Shown: positions 1-12,632 of the stretch, one piece after another
Layout of the letters: each line of letters begins with the position of its first letter
Position numbering within the stretch: the stretch's first letter is position 1
Assembly (NCBI RefSeq): GCF_036321535.1
Contig: NC_087436.1
Coordinates: 118,546,001-118,610,000, forward strand
Reading direction: 5' to 3'
Source of the DNA: Camelus dromedarius
Lineage: Eukaryota
DNA length: 64,000 nt
The notes under the pieces: model-generated
Told to the model about the DNA's origin: nothing
What the model saw: only the letters and a program-made list of their open reading frames with translations
Database searches by the model: none
Made by a program: the position numbers and the translations under genes

Positions 1-553
1 AGTAGGGATTTCAGACAGTGGCAGATCAACCACTCCATTTGTGAATTTATCTGATTCAAAGTGAGGTCTTTGCAAGGGGCGATTCCTTATTCCTAGGATG
101 CGGGCCCCCAGCTGGAAGCCTGGGGTGTTTGCCAGGTCTCTCCTCCTTGGGAAGCAGACTGCCAGGGCTCTGTTCAGCTTTCTGGGCTGTCAGAAAGGAC
201 TGCAATTATAAAACCAAATGCTGAGCTTCTCTGGTGGACCAAGGTTTTCTACTTGACTCATGGAGATGGGAACTCAAAAATAGCTCATGATTTCAGTTTT
301 GGAAGTATTAATTTTGAGATTTATGTAAGAAATTTGAGTGGAGATGTACTGAAGGCAGCTGCATATATGCATCTGAACCTTGGGACAGATGTGATAAGGT
401 TGAAAAGATTAATAAAAGAACAGATTGCTGAATATAACCGAGGTAAGCACCCATGTCTGAGAGGATGGTCAGCAGAGGACAGGATAATTCCAACTTAACC
501 ACTTCTGGAAAGGCTCCCTGTGGGCTGTGACTGTTTGGGGTGTTTCTTGGTAG

Positions 554-1046
554 GTATTAGTCAGGATTCTCCAAAGAAAAAGAACCAGTAAATGTAGATA
601 TAGATAGAGATTTAGAAGCTGAGAGGTCCCAAGACCTGCAGATGGAGACTCAGTAGAACCAATATATAGTTTCACTCCCAAGTCTGAAGACGTGACAAAT
701 GAAGAGGGCTGATGGTGCAAGCTCCAGTCTGAAGGCCAGCAGTCTCAAGATCCAAGAAGAGCCAGTGTTTCAGTTTAAGTCCAAAGACAGGAGAAACCCA
801 CGACCCATTCAAGGCAGTTGGGCAGGAGGAGTTCCCTCTTACTTGTGAGTAAGAAGGCTTTTCTTCTCTTCAGACCATCAACTGATTGGATGAGGCCCAC
901 CACATTAGGGAGGACAGTCTACTCAGTCTACCAATTCAAATGTTAATCTCTAGAAAAACCCTCACAGAATCTCTCAGAATGATGTTTGATCAGACGTCAG
1001 GCATCCCGGAGCCCAGTCAAGTTAACACATAAAATTAACCGTCACA
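554..1046. mobile_element. ERVL-type solo LTR (MLT2-like)
   Basis: Termini gtattagtcaggattctcc...agaacca and caagttaacacataaaattaaccgtcaca; internal gattggatgaggcccacc. Confidence 0.75.
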
Positions 1047-1104
1047 CTCAGTGAAGCCAAGAGCAATGACCAACCCCCGGCTCCCCCACCCACTTTCTCC
1101 AAAG

Positions 1105-1315
1105 GTCCACGCAGTGCATCCTGCAGGGGCGTGAGCTGCTCCTGCGCTCAGCAATCCGGCGGCTGGCTCTCCGCGGCAGCGCCATCACCACCCTGACCCA
1201 GATGAGACTGTCCGGGAAGAAGACCCTTCTCCAGGAGCTGCGTGAACAGCACGCCCTGGAGCAGGGCTCCTCCCAGTGTCTGGACGAGCATCAGTGGCAG
1301 CTGCTCAGAGCCTTG
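1105..1315 (+). CDS. EVC: EVC coding exon (~exon 14), 211 nt
   Basis: ctttctccaaag|GTCCACG...GCCTTG|gtaaga; encodes [70 protein letters not shown]. Confidence 0.94.
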
Positions 1316-4300
1316 GTAAGATGTGCACCAGCCCCCCGCCCGTCCCAGGCAGGAGCGCTGCATCCTCAGCTTCCAGGTTCCAGCCCAGTCAGCCAGAAAC
1401 TCAGCTCTGCCCCGCCCCCCACCCACCCCCCTGTTGTGTGGTGGGGACAGTGGCAGCCTCCTGTCAGGGGACAACCTGTGCCCAAAGCTTCTAGTGTACA
1501 TTATCATGAGAGTTACACTAAAAAAGCGTATGAAGTCAGGGCACAGACAGGTAGAGTCATCATTGGGGGTTGGGAGAAAAGGGCTCCGTAGTCTGTTTTA
1601 AAGTCTTAACAAATTGAAAGAAAGACTTTGCAAATTGCACAGCTGGGATTTTAACCCAAGCAGGCTGACTCCAGGTCTCACGGAGCCGCTGAGCTGTAGG
1701 AGCAGCTGATGTCTTTGACCCACTGGGGAGGGACAAGCTCACAGCCTCTGTTGCCCTGCCCAGGAGGGCTTGGGGGGACGCACGCAGGACTTCCTGCCCT
1801 GCCTCTGACTCCCCTCACCGCCTTCTCCGACTCATTCCTACAACGAAAGGAAACCTCTGGGCCCCAGTTTCCCTGCCTTGGCTTCCATGATGTATCAGAT
1901 TACTCTCAGACTCAGATGTGACTTCAAAACCCAGCTCTTCTGTGTGACTTTTAGAAAGTTACTTAACGTCTCTGAGCCTCTATGTCCTCATCATTCCTGG
2001 TGTTCAGGCCTCGCTGTGTTCTGGAAGAATGAGGAAGTTCTTGTACATATGAGAAGCCGCAGATGGCACTGGGCACACAATTGATGCCCAATAAATGCGT
2101 TGGGGGGTCTTTAAGATACCCAGGCTCATCCACTACGTACTGGCTTTTGCCAGCCCGGAGTCACCACTTTCCTCCACTTCTCCGTCCCTTTCCCAGTCTC
2201 CCTGGAACCCCAGCAAGGCTGACCCCACATCCTGGTCATGGTCCTGGCCAGAGCATCTCTGCAGGGCCGCAGCCTGGGCACCCACCTCTCCCTGCCCTGT
2301 ACTTTCCAGGAGGCGCGCGTCCTGGAGGAGGCCAGCAGGCTGGAGGAGGAGGCGCAGCAGGTGCGGCTGCAGCTTCAGCAGCAGCTCGTGGCCGAGGCCC
2401 AGGGGGTCGGGCAGCTCCTGCAGCAACACACAGAGCAAGCCATCGGGCAGGCGCTGCTGGGGCACGCGAGGACCACGGCATCCAGGAGCCGGGCCAAGGA
2501 CACGGATGGCTTCAAGGTGCGAGCCAACCTAGCCTGGGGAGCCTGAGGGACAAGAGGCACTGGGGCGGGGTGGGTGGGCAGGCGTGCACGAGAGGAAAGC
2601 TTAGGGCCGAGCAGCAGCCTGGGGTCTGCGTGGGAGCTCCTGACTGGAAGTGCAAGGCCACAGCTCAGAGTCCTTGGCGGGTGGAGTCAGACGTGGATGT
2701 GGACAGAGCAGGAAGGAGAACCGGCCACAGTCAGGGAGGAGCAGGGGAGCGAGAAGACACGCTCACACCTTCTCTGCATCCTGGGCCACCACCCTCTTCG
2801 CCTCCACAGCTTCTGTCCACACCTGCAAATGAGGGCCCATTTCTCAGTGCTGGGACATAACCAGCCACTCAGGCACCGCCACTCAGGCACCGCCACTCGA
2901 TAACCAGTGGGTGTTTTCCTTGCCCAAAGCCTGGAGCCATTCAGTATGTGTTTGTTGAAATGAGGGCTCCTGAACCTGCCTTTTGGTCATCACTTTATGA
3001 AGTAAAAGATGGTGACTTGGCCCGTGCACAGCCCACATGTCCCCGATGATGGGGCGTCTCCACATTTCCTCGCTTTGGGCCTGAAGGTGTATCATTGAGG
3101 AATGCCTATAACTGCAAGTAACAGAAATTTGTACTCAAATAAATAGAAGTTACTGATCTTACATTACAAGAAATGGGTAAGTAGGTGGTTCCAGGCTGGC
3201 TCAGAGGCTCTGTGATGTGATCAAGGACCAGGCGATGTCTTTCTGATCCCTCATTCTGGGTGTTGGTTTGTTGCCTAATGATCTCAAAATGGCCACTGCC
3301 ACTCCAGACATCAAGTCTGCGTTCCAGGCAGGAAGAGAGAAACAGCAAAGTCTTTCATCCACACCAAAGCTTTGCCTTAATGTTCGGGAAGGGCAGGTCC
3401 TCAGTAGGCTTTTTGTAGTATTGCATCTCATTGGCCAGAACTGTGTCACACAGCCAGTCTCAGACCATCCCTCCCAAGGGAAATAAGATCATTGACACTA
3501 GCCATGCATTCTGCCTGCCCCTGACCAGCCAAGGTTGGGAGTGGGTGGAATATGGGAGCCAGAGCCAGGGGAGGCAGGGGGCCGTGTCAGCCGCGGCCAG
3601 CTCTGCGTGCGTCCTCCCTGCTGAGTCCTCCTCCTGCCCGCAGGGAACACTGATGGAGGCGGCGGCCGAGAGCGTCTACGTGACCAGCGCAGGCGTCGGC
3701 CAGCTCGTGCACGCGTATTACCAGCAGATTGGGAGGGCCATGCAGGACCACGAGGAGAGGAAGCTGCAGCATCTGAAGACCCTACAGGGTATGGTACCCC
3801 CAGCGGCGGCCCTGCCCACAAGCAGCCAGATGTGCTCTTAGTTCGGGACAGAATGAAGCATCAGGTGTTTCAAATTTTACCTGGGGGAATTCAATTTTTT
3901 AACTGTTTTATGTACGTAGTTATCCTCTGCCTTGGCCCCAAAAGGCTTTTGAAGAAGCACTTACAGAAACACGTCCCTGGAGTAAATAGGGTTTTTTCAA
4001 AGTAGATGAATCAGGACAAGGACAGGACAGTGGGATGGAGTTAGGGATAGGCCATCGTCTGGGACAGACGTCATCAGATCCCTGCTTAGAGGTGACAGGG
4101 CTCTGGGCTTTCTGGTGGCCAAAGAGATAGAGACGCCCTCAATTAAAGCTGTCACAGTGACCGTGAGTGAGGACCGCCCGGTGGCCCACAACGTGCCTGA
4201 GACCCAGACGGTTTTCCCCTGTGGGGTCTCGCAAGGAGCCACCGGGGAGATGGAGCGGACGACATCCCCAGGCCAGCAAGGACATCGTGTAGTAACAGAC

Positions 4301-7300
4301 AAAAGCCAGTTTCTTAAGGCCTCTTCTTGTAACATCCCTCCCCACGTCTGGGGCTTTGGAACAGGGTGGGGTCCCACGTTCTCTGCTGGGCTTTGTCTGG
4401 GTTGTCCGAGGTCTCTGGACGGAGGACGGCCAGTGGGTCCTGGGGCCGGTCTTCCATGAGTATTACGTCTCAGCGAGCGCATCTGTCTGCGACTCTTACC
4501 TTCCCCTTGCCTGGGAAGGTAAGCCCTACATTCAAATAAAATCAGGGGCAAAGCCAGAAATACGCCAGCTGGCCACAGATCCTTCAGGGTGGTTTTCCAA
4601 CGTAAGGCCGCGTTCAGCAGGGGACAGACGAGATTGATCGCCTCTGCAGAACGTTCGGGAACCGGGGTGTTCACGTCCCCTCTCTGGGCCTCAGTTTCCC
4701 CATCTGTGAGGCTCGGGGTGGGCTCTCCCTTCGTGCATCCTCCCAGCTCTGACTTCCTGCTTCTTGATCCCCCAACTCCAGGGAGGGGGTTTCTCAGCAA
4801 ATGCGTTGAAGTGACATAACTTAATCACATGAGCTCTTTTTTTCTTTTTTTAAATTCAGGCAACTCTTTTTTATTTAAGAGTTATAGACAGCCATGCCCT
4901 GGGGATCCTCAGGTGAAACCTCTCTGTTAGCTCTAGAAGGCTCAGGTTCAGGGAGGTCAGCGGCCTGCTGACACCGCACTGCTAGGCAGGTGTCGCACCT
5001 GGGTCAGTGGGGCAACTAGTTAAATGCAACTTGGTAAGTGTAGCAGCTAGTTAAGTATAAGCATGTTCTGAGATGCAGGCCAGTGCACCTCGGACTTGGG
5101 AGGCCCAACATCCCAGCTCCTTGGAAAGCACCCACGGCTGCAGGGCTCACCACACGCCTCAGCTCTGCGTGGTGAGTGGCTTTTCCTCTCTGGTGTGGAG
5201 ATTGAGGTGTTTGTGGTGGCCTCTTAGTGTTAACTCTTATTCAGCTCCCTTTTCTCCTGATTCTTACAAGAAAGCCAGGCTGAGCCGTTGCAGGGAGAGT
5301 CGGGGTACATTCCTCAGGGCATGTGGTGTGTGGAAGCCACGGCACCCTCACGCACACGAAGCCCTTCCCTGGGTGAACCGCGGGGGCTGGTAACCATTTG
5401 TCCTGCTGATCCTCGCACCCCAGCACCCGGCCCAGACCTGGCACTGCGTCCATCCTCCAAACACGCACCTTGATCATTGTGTGTTTCATGGTCTAGGGGA
5501 GAGGATGGAAAATTACAAGCTGCAGAAAAAGCAAGAACTCGGCAACGCTTCCTCAGGGGGCCAGATGGCAGGTGGAGCTCAGGGAGCCTCCGGAGCCGTG
5601 CATCGGAGGTGAGGTCTCCCTGCTGTCTGTGGGTACCCAGGCGGGCATCCCCGGCCCCTGTGCATCACACGTTTCTCTGTCACACTCTGACCTCGCATGC
5701 ATTCGGCCGTTGACCTGGGTATCACCTGCCTACCCAACTCGCATGGAAGCCCCCGAGCCTCTGTCCGGCTCCCCCTCTACACGCGGCCCCCAGAAGGGAC
5801 CAGGCACAAGGGCACACGTCCAGGTGCAGTGGGGGCTTTGTTTCCAGGTCTTGGTCTTCTTCGTGGCCCTGACAGGGCACCTCCCTCCCATCTGTACTTC
5901 GGGTTCCCCCAGAGGCAGACCCTGAGCTGAGGACAGAGGGGAAGATCGTTTACTGGGGAGGCGACCCCAGGAAGCATAGTGAGGTAGCAGGGAAGGGAGG
6001 AGGAAGGGAGGAGGAAGGGAGGAGGAAGGGAGGAGGGAAGGGAGGAGGAAGGGGGCAGGGAAGGGAGGAGGAAGGGAGGAGGAAGACGGTTTCCTGCTGC
6101 TGCCCTGACAAGGACCAACCTTGAACCACATGGTATGTTATCTCCCGGATCAGCAGTCCAGGTGTCAGCTGGCTCGGCTCTCACTGGAGGCTCTGGAGGA
6201 ACCCCTTCCAGGCTTGTTCAGGTTGTCAGCAGAATCCAGAGGTCCCGTTTCCTTGTGGCTGTCACCTGGGCCTGCCTGACCTCCTAGAGGCCTCTCTCTG
6301 GTCCTTGCACGCGGCCTCTGCATCTCGCTGCAGTAAGTCCTGCCCACACTTAGAATGTCTTCTGCTGCATCTCTCTGACCCCAGCTGGAGAAACTTCTCT
6401 GCTTTTATGGTCTTCGGTGATTGAGACCTATCCAGATGACCCAGGCTAATCTTGAATTTAAATCGATAACCTTAATCACACCTGCAAAGTCCTGACTGCA
6501 ATGTAACGTAACATCTTCACGTGGTCCAGGGCTTAGGGTGTGCACACCCGTGGGGGGCGCTGTGTGGCCTACCACAATGGGAGAAAAGCCTGTAAGGCCT
6601 GTGATAATGAGGGGTTTCCATGGCAACTGAGGCCCAACCCCAGTCTGGACGTTCTGTGTAGAACAACTTCCAATTACACCAGCAAAGGGCGAGGGAAATA
6701 GGGGATTTGTCTACCAGCCCTCATTCCACACTGGCTAAGAGTCTGCCCTGGGAGTGTTAACTTGCCAGCCCTCCCAGCCATCCTTGAGCCAAGCCCCTAC
6801 CCGCCTCCCCGTGGCCAGAAGAAGCCCTGAGACCTGGTTGCAGGTGCTTGTAAGAAACCATTGGCGTACGTGGAATCTGTCCCCCGAAGGGCAGACGGCC
6901 ACCAGTGGGCTGAGGGGATGTGAGCTCATTACCAGCGTGTCCCTGTAAGCACACACCCAGATCCTGAGCTAGGCAGGGGACAGCACCTCCCAGCCAGGAG
7001 CTCACAGCCCGCAGGGAGAAATGGACAAGCAGAGACAGTGGGAAGTCCCCGTCGGGGCTGTGACGGAGGAGGGGCGCTGCAGGACCACAACTGCAGGGGC
7101 GGGGGGGTGGTCCCCTGCTTAAGTAGAGCATCCCACCAACTAGAAGCAGCCGCAGGGCCACCGCCCCACGGGGGGAGGGGAGGGCTCCGCACCGCAGTGC
7201 AAGCCCCGCCCTCATCTGATGCTCCTTTAGGAAGCAGGAACCGCGGCATCCTCCAGGTCAGGCCGAGTCCAGCATCCCCTCCATAGACCCTCTGCCGTTA

Positions 7301-10300
7301 ACAGCCTCAGCAAACGCCCTGCCTGTGGGTTGAGGCTGAGACTTGCTCTGACTGTCGTACACCCATCAGACTACGGTCCAGTGGTTCTCAGATTTGGGGA
7401 CATCCGTCTCACTTGACTTTCCTGCTGAACATGCGGATCCTGGGCCCCAGGACAGGAGAGCCACGCTCTGACAGTCCTCACAGAGGACAGAGGCTGTGCT
7501 GGGACCGCCCGGTGGTGCCCTGGCTCAGGGCTGCTGCCCCGGCTCAGGGCTGCTGCCCCTCGGGGCACCCTGTGGAGGGAGGGACTGGCTGTAGACCTGG
7601 CTGTAGGGGTCTGAGTCACCTAGACGGGTGCCTAAGCTCATGGACGCCTTATGTTTGAACTTGAATTTAACTATGAAAGGGGGAGTAATTGAGCTTTTCT
7701 ATTTATTTGTCTATTATTTATTTATTTCAGTGGAGGTACCGGGGATTGAACCCAGGACCTTGTGCACGCTAAGCACACGCTCTACCACTGAGCTGTACCT
7801 CCCTGCTTCTGGAAATGGATATTTTTAAAATACCTATTTTGAAAGATTTTTTTTAATGGTGGCTACTAGATTTTGTTTTTTAAATTGAAGTAGAGTTGAT
7901 TTACAATGTTGCATGTGTCTGTGCAACTTTGGAAGCGAGTCCTTGTCACTCCCCTCCTGGCTTAGAACTGCAGCCTCCGGCCAGACCCCTGTGTGGTCCC
8001 ATCCTTTCTGCTCCCTGCGCTGCAGCCAGGCATTGTGTGAAACACAAGGCAGCCGATGTCTTAGACTCTCCTGGACCCTCCCAGGGCTCCCCCAGCCTTG
8101 AGGGTGAAGCCCAACCCCTGACCCCCAGGCCCTTGCCGTGCAGTCCTGTCACCTCCCAGAATTTCCAAGAGCCAAATCCATGGGGGAAGCCAGACCAACC
8201 AGCAGGATGACAGCCGGGAGTGACCAGGACTGGTGACAGAGCAGGTAGGGGGTGGAGGCTGCTCACAGCAAGAAGCCACCAGGCAGCCTCAGTAGTGGGC
8301 TGAAAGGGGGCCCCAAAGGCTATGTCCACATCCTAATCCCTGGAACGTATACCTGTGACCTTGTTTGGAAAAAAGGGTCTTTGCAGATGTCATTATGTTG
8401 AAGATCTTGAGGAAAGGACCCAATCATGCTGGGTTGTCCCATTGGGCCCTGGACCCAATGACCAAGGAAGCAGAGGGACATTTGATCACACACAGAGAAG
8501 ATGATGTGAAGAAGGAGGCAGAGATTGGAGAGATGCAGCCACAAGCCAAGGGCTGCCTGCAGCTGCCAGAAGAGGCAAGGAGCAGGTTCACCTCTAGAGC
8601 TTCCCTAGGGAGCATGGCCCTGTCCACACCTTGACTGAAGGTTTCTAGGCTCTTCATCAGAGAATCAATTTCTATTGTTCTCAGCCCCCAAGTTTGTGGT
8701 CATTGTTAGAGCCGCCCCAGGAAAGTAACGCCACCTCCTTGAGGGTGTGAGAGAGAGTACTGTAGAGCACTGACCTCAGCTGTGTTTGTTCAATATCTAT
8801 CCCCATCCAGCTCCGAGTGGGGCCCCAGGAAGCCAGGGACTGAGTCTCTTATTCACAGCTGTGTCTTCAAAACCCAGCATAGCACCTGGAAGCCCAGAAA
8901 TACTTTTATGAATAAGTGGATGAGTGGATGGATGGATGGGTGATGGATGATGGGGTCTTGTAGGATGAATAGGAGTTTGCTAGACAATGATAAAGAAGGG
9001 AATGGTACTACTGGTAGAAGGAAGAGGATGAAGCAAAAGCAAGTGGAATTTTGTGCCTTCAGGTTCACTCCATGGACAGCTGCCTGTTGATGCTAAAGGT
9101 GGCTTCTGCCTTCAGGTCTAGACATTCAGCCTCTTTCAGAGAATCAGTCACAAAAGATTGAAAAGAATGGAGATGGAGTGGGTGGTATTGAATATTTCTG
9201 TTTGCTGAGGACCAGAGGAAGGTTGGCTGGGGAGAGGAGGGTATTCAAAACAGGAGGGGAGGAGTCCCTGCTCCTGAGAAGGAGGTGGGGCTCTCTGTAG
9301 GTCAAGGTCCCAGCTGCAGCCCCAGCTCTGTCCTCCGCCACATGCAGTAACGAGGCTGCCGTGTTCAGGATTTCTCAGACTCTGCATCCTAGGAAACAAG
9401 GCTTCTGCTTTACAAGGGAGGGGCTGGGGCAATTCTGACATTTTAAGTGAAGATGGGTCCTTTCAGGAAACTATCCCCCAGCCACCACCCAGGGTTAAAA
9501 TTATTTTCTCATACGAAGCTGCCACTTGCTGCTCAACTATTTTGCAGCTGGAGGGCCTCAGGGATACCCCGTCCCCCTGAGCTTCTCACAAGCTTTTCTC
9601 CTTTCGGTCCTGCTGGGGTCAGCAAGCCAGTCCAGGAGCAAGTGAAAACGTGTGTGCGAGATTCTGTAAACTCCCAGGTGTTAACCAGACGGCGTCTGCT
9701 TTTGTGAGTCGGCCGCTAGTGGGGGCACTCAGGCTGTGTCCTGCAAATCGTGCCTGCGGTGGCCAGCCTTCCTCCCGGCTCCGAGGGCACGGCTGTCAGT
9801 CACCGATTCCCGCGACGCGGCGGGCCCTGGGGAGAGGTGAGGCAAGGGCCGCACGGACGCCCTGCGTTCCTTCCTCCAGGATGCTGGCGCAGCAGAAAGG
9901 GTTCCTGGCCCAGTTCACGGTGCACCAGCGGATCCGCCTGGACGCCCGGAAGCAGGAGGCGAGGGTTTTGGACCATCTGGAAGCCCAGCTTGAGACCCAG
10001 CTACAGGTACAGCTCTCAGAAATGGGCCCTCGCAAAGCGGGCCGTGGTTTACGGAGTTTTCTTCCACTGGGAAAGGGCCAAGCTCGTGGTCACAGGTCAG
10101 CACTGGAGCCTGTGCGAGGACCACCCGCCCCGGGTCGGGACCCCCTCGGCCCCCGCTGGCTGAGGACGCGTCAGCCTCGCCGCTGGGCTGTGAAGTTGGG
10201 TCCCTCCCCCTCCCGCCCGTCTGCGGTGCCCAGCTCGGGGCCGGGCCCCGACCACTGCTCGGCGTGTCTGCGGGGCCGGAGGAGGGAGCGTCGTCCTGGG

Positions 10301-12632
10301 TGGGAATTGCCGCCACGTCGCCCCTCGGGGCCGGGGCCGACGTCAGGCAGGGCTGCTGGGACCGAGGTTCCCACTCACACCCAGAACGTACAGGAAGCCC
10401 AGCTTTCCTCACAGGAAAGGCTCATCCGCGTGAGATTAGATGTGGCTGTGACGCAAAGTGCCTGCCTTTAAGAAAAAAAAAATTCCAGAATGGAAGCACT
10501 GAGTGGAGCGTTGGCCCCTTATGAGGCTTCACCACCAGTGTGGCAGTAACAGCTGGGACAATGATCAGACAGTAATGGTGGCTGACGTTTATTTACCAAG
10601 TCTGCTGTAGTCAGTCACTGAGCCGAGAGCTCTACATGCACCATCAATGTCCCCCAACCCAACTGCCAAGGAGCAGGTTACTCTCAGGGTCCCAGTTACA
10701 GATAAGGAACCTGAGGGTCCCAGAGATGTGTCACTGCCCGGTGTCATATGGTGAGTGAGTTGTGGAATAAGGTCTGTCTGTCTGAATAATGGTGTTGGCA
10801 ATTGAGGGCTTCAACTCCAGAGTTAGGCAGAGGTGGGTCACGTCCTGGTTCTGCAGCTGGCTCTTCCTGAGCCCCACTCACCTCAGTGATCTTACCTGTA
10901 AAATGGGCCAATGTGAGCGAGGACGGGCGGTGAGGCCCCCCCACACCTGCCCCTGCTGCTCCTGGCCCCTCCGGGTGCTGCTTGCAGGATTGTCCTCCAC
11001 TCGGGGACTCAGTCCTGTCAACCACTCTCAGTGTCAGCCTCATTCTGGTGGAAGGGGACTTAGAGGCAGAGCAGGACAGGGGGAGGCCCAGCTGACCCTC
11101 TCTCTCCGCATCCAGGAAGCTGAGCAGAGCTTCATCTCAGAGCTGGCGGCCTTGGCCCGGGTGCCCCTTGCCGAGAGCAAACTATTTGCAAACAAGCGCG
11201 GATTGTCAGGTGAGTCGCAGAAGGCGGTGCCCTGCAGGCTCTCTGGGCTGGGAGGGTGGGTTCTAGTCCCAGGCCTGCCGCTAACTAGCCTGTGGCTCCT
11301 GGCACCACACTTCCCCTCTCTGGGCGTATGTGTCCTTGTCTGCAGATGAGCAGGCTTGGCTAGGATGCCCCTTGGGCCCCTGGCTCACCAACGTTCAATA
11401 ATTCTGATTATTCCGAATCCCTGGGTCTGCTGCTCACCAGCCAGCTCTCGTCTCTGACTCTGTTTCCCCATCTGTAAAAGGGGGTTAATTAGCCCTTCTG
11501 CCACTGCCAGTGGGAACTTCAGTGACATCACAGGGTGTCATATCCTGCTAACCGGATAGTGATAGGAAAGTGTGTGAAATTGCAGAAGGCTATTAAAATA
11601 AAAGCTACGGTACAGGAGCTGTGATCTTAGGTTCTCAGTGCTGCGAAGGCTTCCATCTGCCGGGCGTGGTGAAACACAGCAGGAGCCTGGCCGGCTGAGT
11701 TTGAGTCCCAGCACTGCCCTCTACTGGCCGTGCGGGCTTGGAAATGCACCCTACTCACCACCCCTGCTAGCCTCAGTTTCCTCCCAAGTTAAGTGGGTGT
11801 CAGAGCAGCAAGGCACCGAGTGCACACTTGGCCCGAGAGAAGCTGTCACTTACCTAAAGTCCCAGAGCCAGTGTCTGGGTTCACGTGTCTCCTGCAGAGA
11901 AACCCCTAAAGACCAAAAGGAGGAAGCCGGCATCCCGGGAGAGAGGGGACACTGGAGGGCCCAAGGACGAGGACCCTGCCTGCACAGGACCCTGCTCGGG
12001 ATCACTCAGGTGCGGCGGGGCCCTGGCTGCTTGTCTGCGGACGCTTGTTGCCACCTAAGCCTGGGCAGGAAAACTGGCACCTCTGGGAGGTGCTGACTTG
12101 GGTCCAAGAAACGGTGGAGGATAACGGGCAGTGTTGGCATTACTATTATCGCTGTTGCTACTGTCCAGTTCGGCAAGGTTGGCCACAGCCCACTTGCACA
12201 GCCCGTCAGCCTCCAGCCTGAAGAGCCAGCAATTCCCAGCCTCCCCAGGGCCCCGCCGGCTACGGAGGCTTTGGGGTTCGCGGCCGGGTGGATCCGTCCG
12301 GGGGACATCCCGATATGTTTTCAATCGTCTGAGCGTGGGTTTCTTTTTCCTCCTGGCGCTCAGATGACCTCCCACCAAACAGAGGGAAGCCGGGCTCTTC
12401 ATTTGTTTCTTAGCAATCTATGTCCAGATGCAAATTGTTTTGATCTCCTGTCACTGCCTTTTCGTGTGATCAGAGTGGATGAGTTGTTGCATCTGGACAG
12501 ACCTGGGCTCAGAGTTCTGAACAGCTGCATTTCTCCCTTGTTTTAAGCAGCAAAAGGCTCAGCCAGCAAGAAAGTGCAGTTGGGGATGGTGAAAATTCCA
12601 AGAAGATGCTAAAGAGAAGAAGCAATTTGTAG
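1105..12632 (+). CDS. EVC: EVC (EvC ciliary complex subunit 1), 5'-partial spliced CDS: join(1105..1315,2310..2516,3644..3788,5497..5608,9880..10006,11116..11209,11898..12009,12548..12632)
   Basis: Spliced translation is open and matches the recalled EVC C-terminal region ([52 protein letters not shown] ... [10 protein letters not shown]). All introns are GT-AG with matching phases. Syntenic with CRMP1 as in other mammals. Confidence 0.97.
2310..2516 (+). CDS. EVC: EVC coding exon (~exon 15), 207 nt
   Basis: actttccag|GAGGCG...TTCAAG|gtgcga; [26 protein letters not shown]...KDTDGFK. Confidence 0.96.
3090..3490 (-). mobile_element. Old MaLR LTR remnant (MLT1J/K-like)
   Basis: ctgcaagtaacagaaa...caaaatggccactgccactccag...ttccaggcaggaaga...ctcattggccagaact motifs. 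Confidence 0.5.
3644..3788 (+). CDS. EVC: EVC coding exon (~exon 16), 145 nt
   Basis: ctgcccgcag|GGAACA...CTACAGG|gtatgg; [48 protein letters not shown]. Confidence 0.96.
5497..5608 (+). CDS. EVC: EVC coding exon (~exon 17), 112 nt
   Basis: ggtctag|GGGAGAGGATG...CGGAG|gtgagg; (G)[36 protein letters not shown](R). Confidence 0.94.
5991..6085. repeat. Polypurine tandem repeat, unit about GGAAGGGAGGA
   Basis: Directly visible; almost pure G/A on +. Confidence 0.9.
6150..6576 (-). mobile_element. MaLR LTR remnant (MLT1-like)
   Basis: aaccttaatcacacctgcaaagtcc...gcctaccaca end motif. Confidence 0.55.
7681..7804 (-). mobile_element. tRNA-derived SINE (camelid-type)
   Basis: Reverse complement of ggggaggtacagctcagtggtagagcg...cctgggttcaatcccc with Pol III A/B boxes and an AT-rich tail. 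Confidence 0.85.
8292..8730 (+). mobile_element. MaLR LTR (MLT1C/D-like)
   Basis: tatgtccacatcctaatccctggaa...gtctttgcagatgt...gccacaagccaagg...agtttgtggtcattgtta. Confidence 0.75.
9880..10006 (+). CDS. EVC: EVC coding exon (~exon 18), 127 nt
   Basis: ttcctccag|GATGCTG...CTACAG|gtacag; [42 protein letters not shown]. Confidence 0.95.
11116..11209 (+). CDS. EVC: EVC coding exon (~exon 19), 94 nt
   Basis: gcatccag|GAAGCT...TCAG|gtgagt; [31 protein letters not shown]. Confidence 0.96.
11898..12009 (+). CDS. EVC: EVC coding exon (~exon 20), 112 nt
   Basis: tctcctgcag|AGAAACCC...CTCAG|gtgcgg; (E)[36 protein letters not shown]. Confidence 0.94.
12548..12632 (+). CDS. EVC: EVC terminal coding exon (~exon 21), coding part with TAG stop
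   Basis: ttttaag|CAGCAAAAGG...AATTTGTAG; (S)[27 protein letters not shown]. The acceptor is tandem (AAG CAG), so the start could be 12551. Confidence 0.93.

Noticed and set aside
2063..2860. 265-aa Gly/Ala/Pro-rich ORF
   Set aside because: Alternative-frame shadow of EVC exon 15 in stop-poor GC-rich sequence.
3997..4800. 267-aa - strand ORF in EVC intron 16
   Set aside because: Non-ATG start, no recognisable domain, partly MIR-like sequence; expected by chance in GC-rich DNA.
9650..10471. 273-aa ORF
   Set aside because: EVC exon 18 frame extended into GC-rich intron; only 9880-10006 is supported by splice sites.
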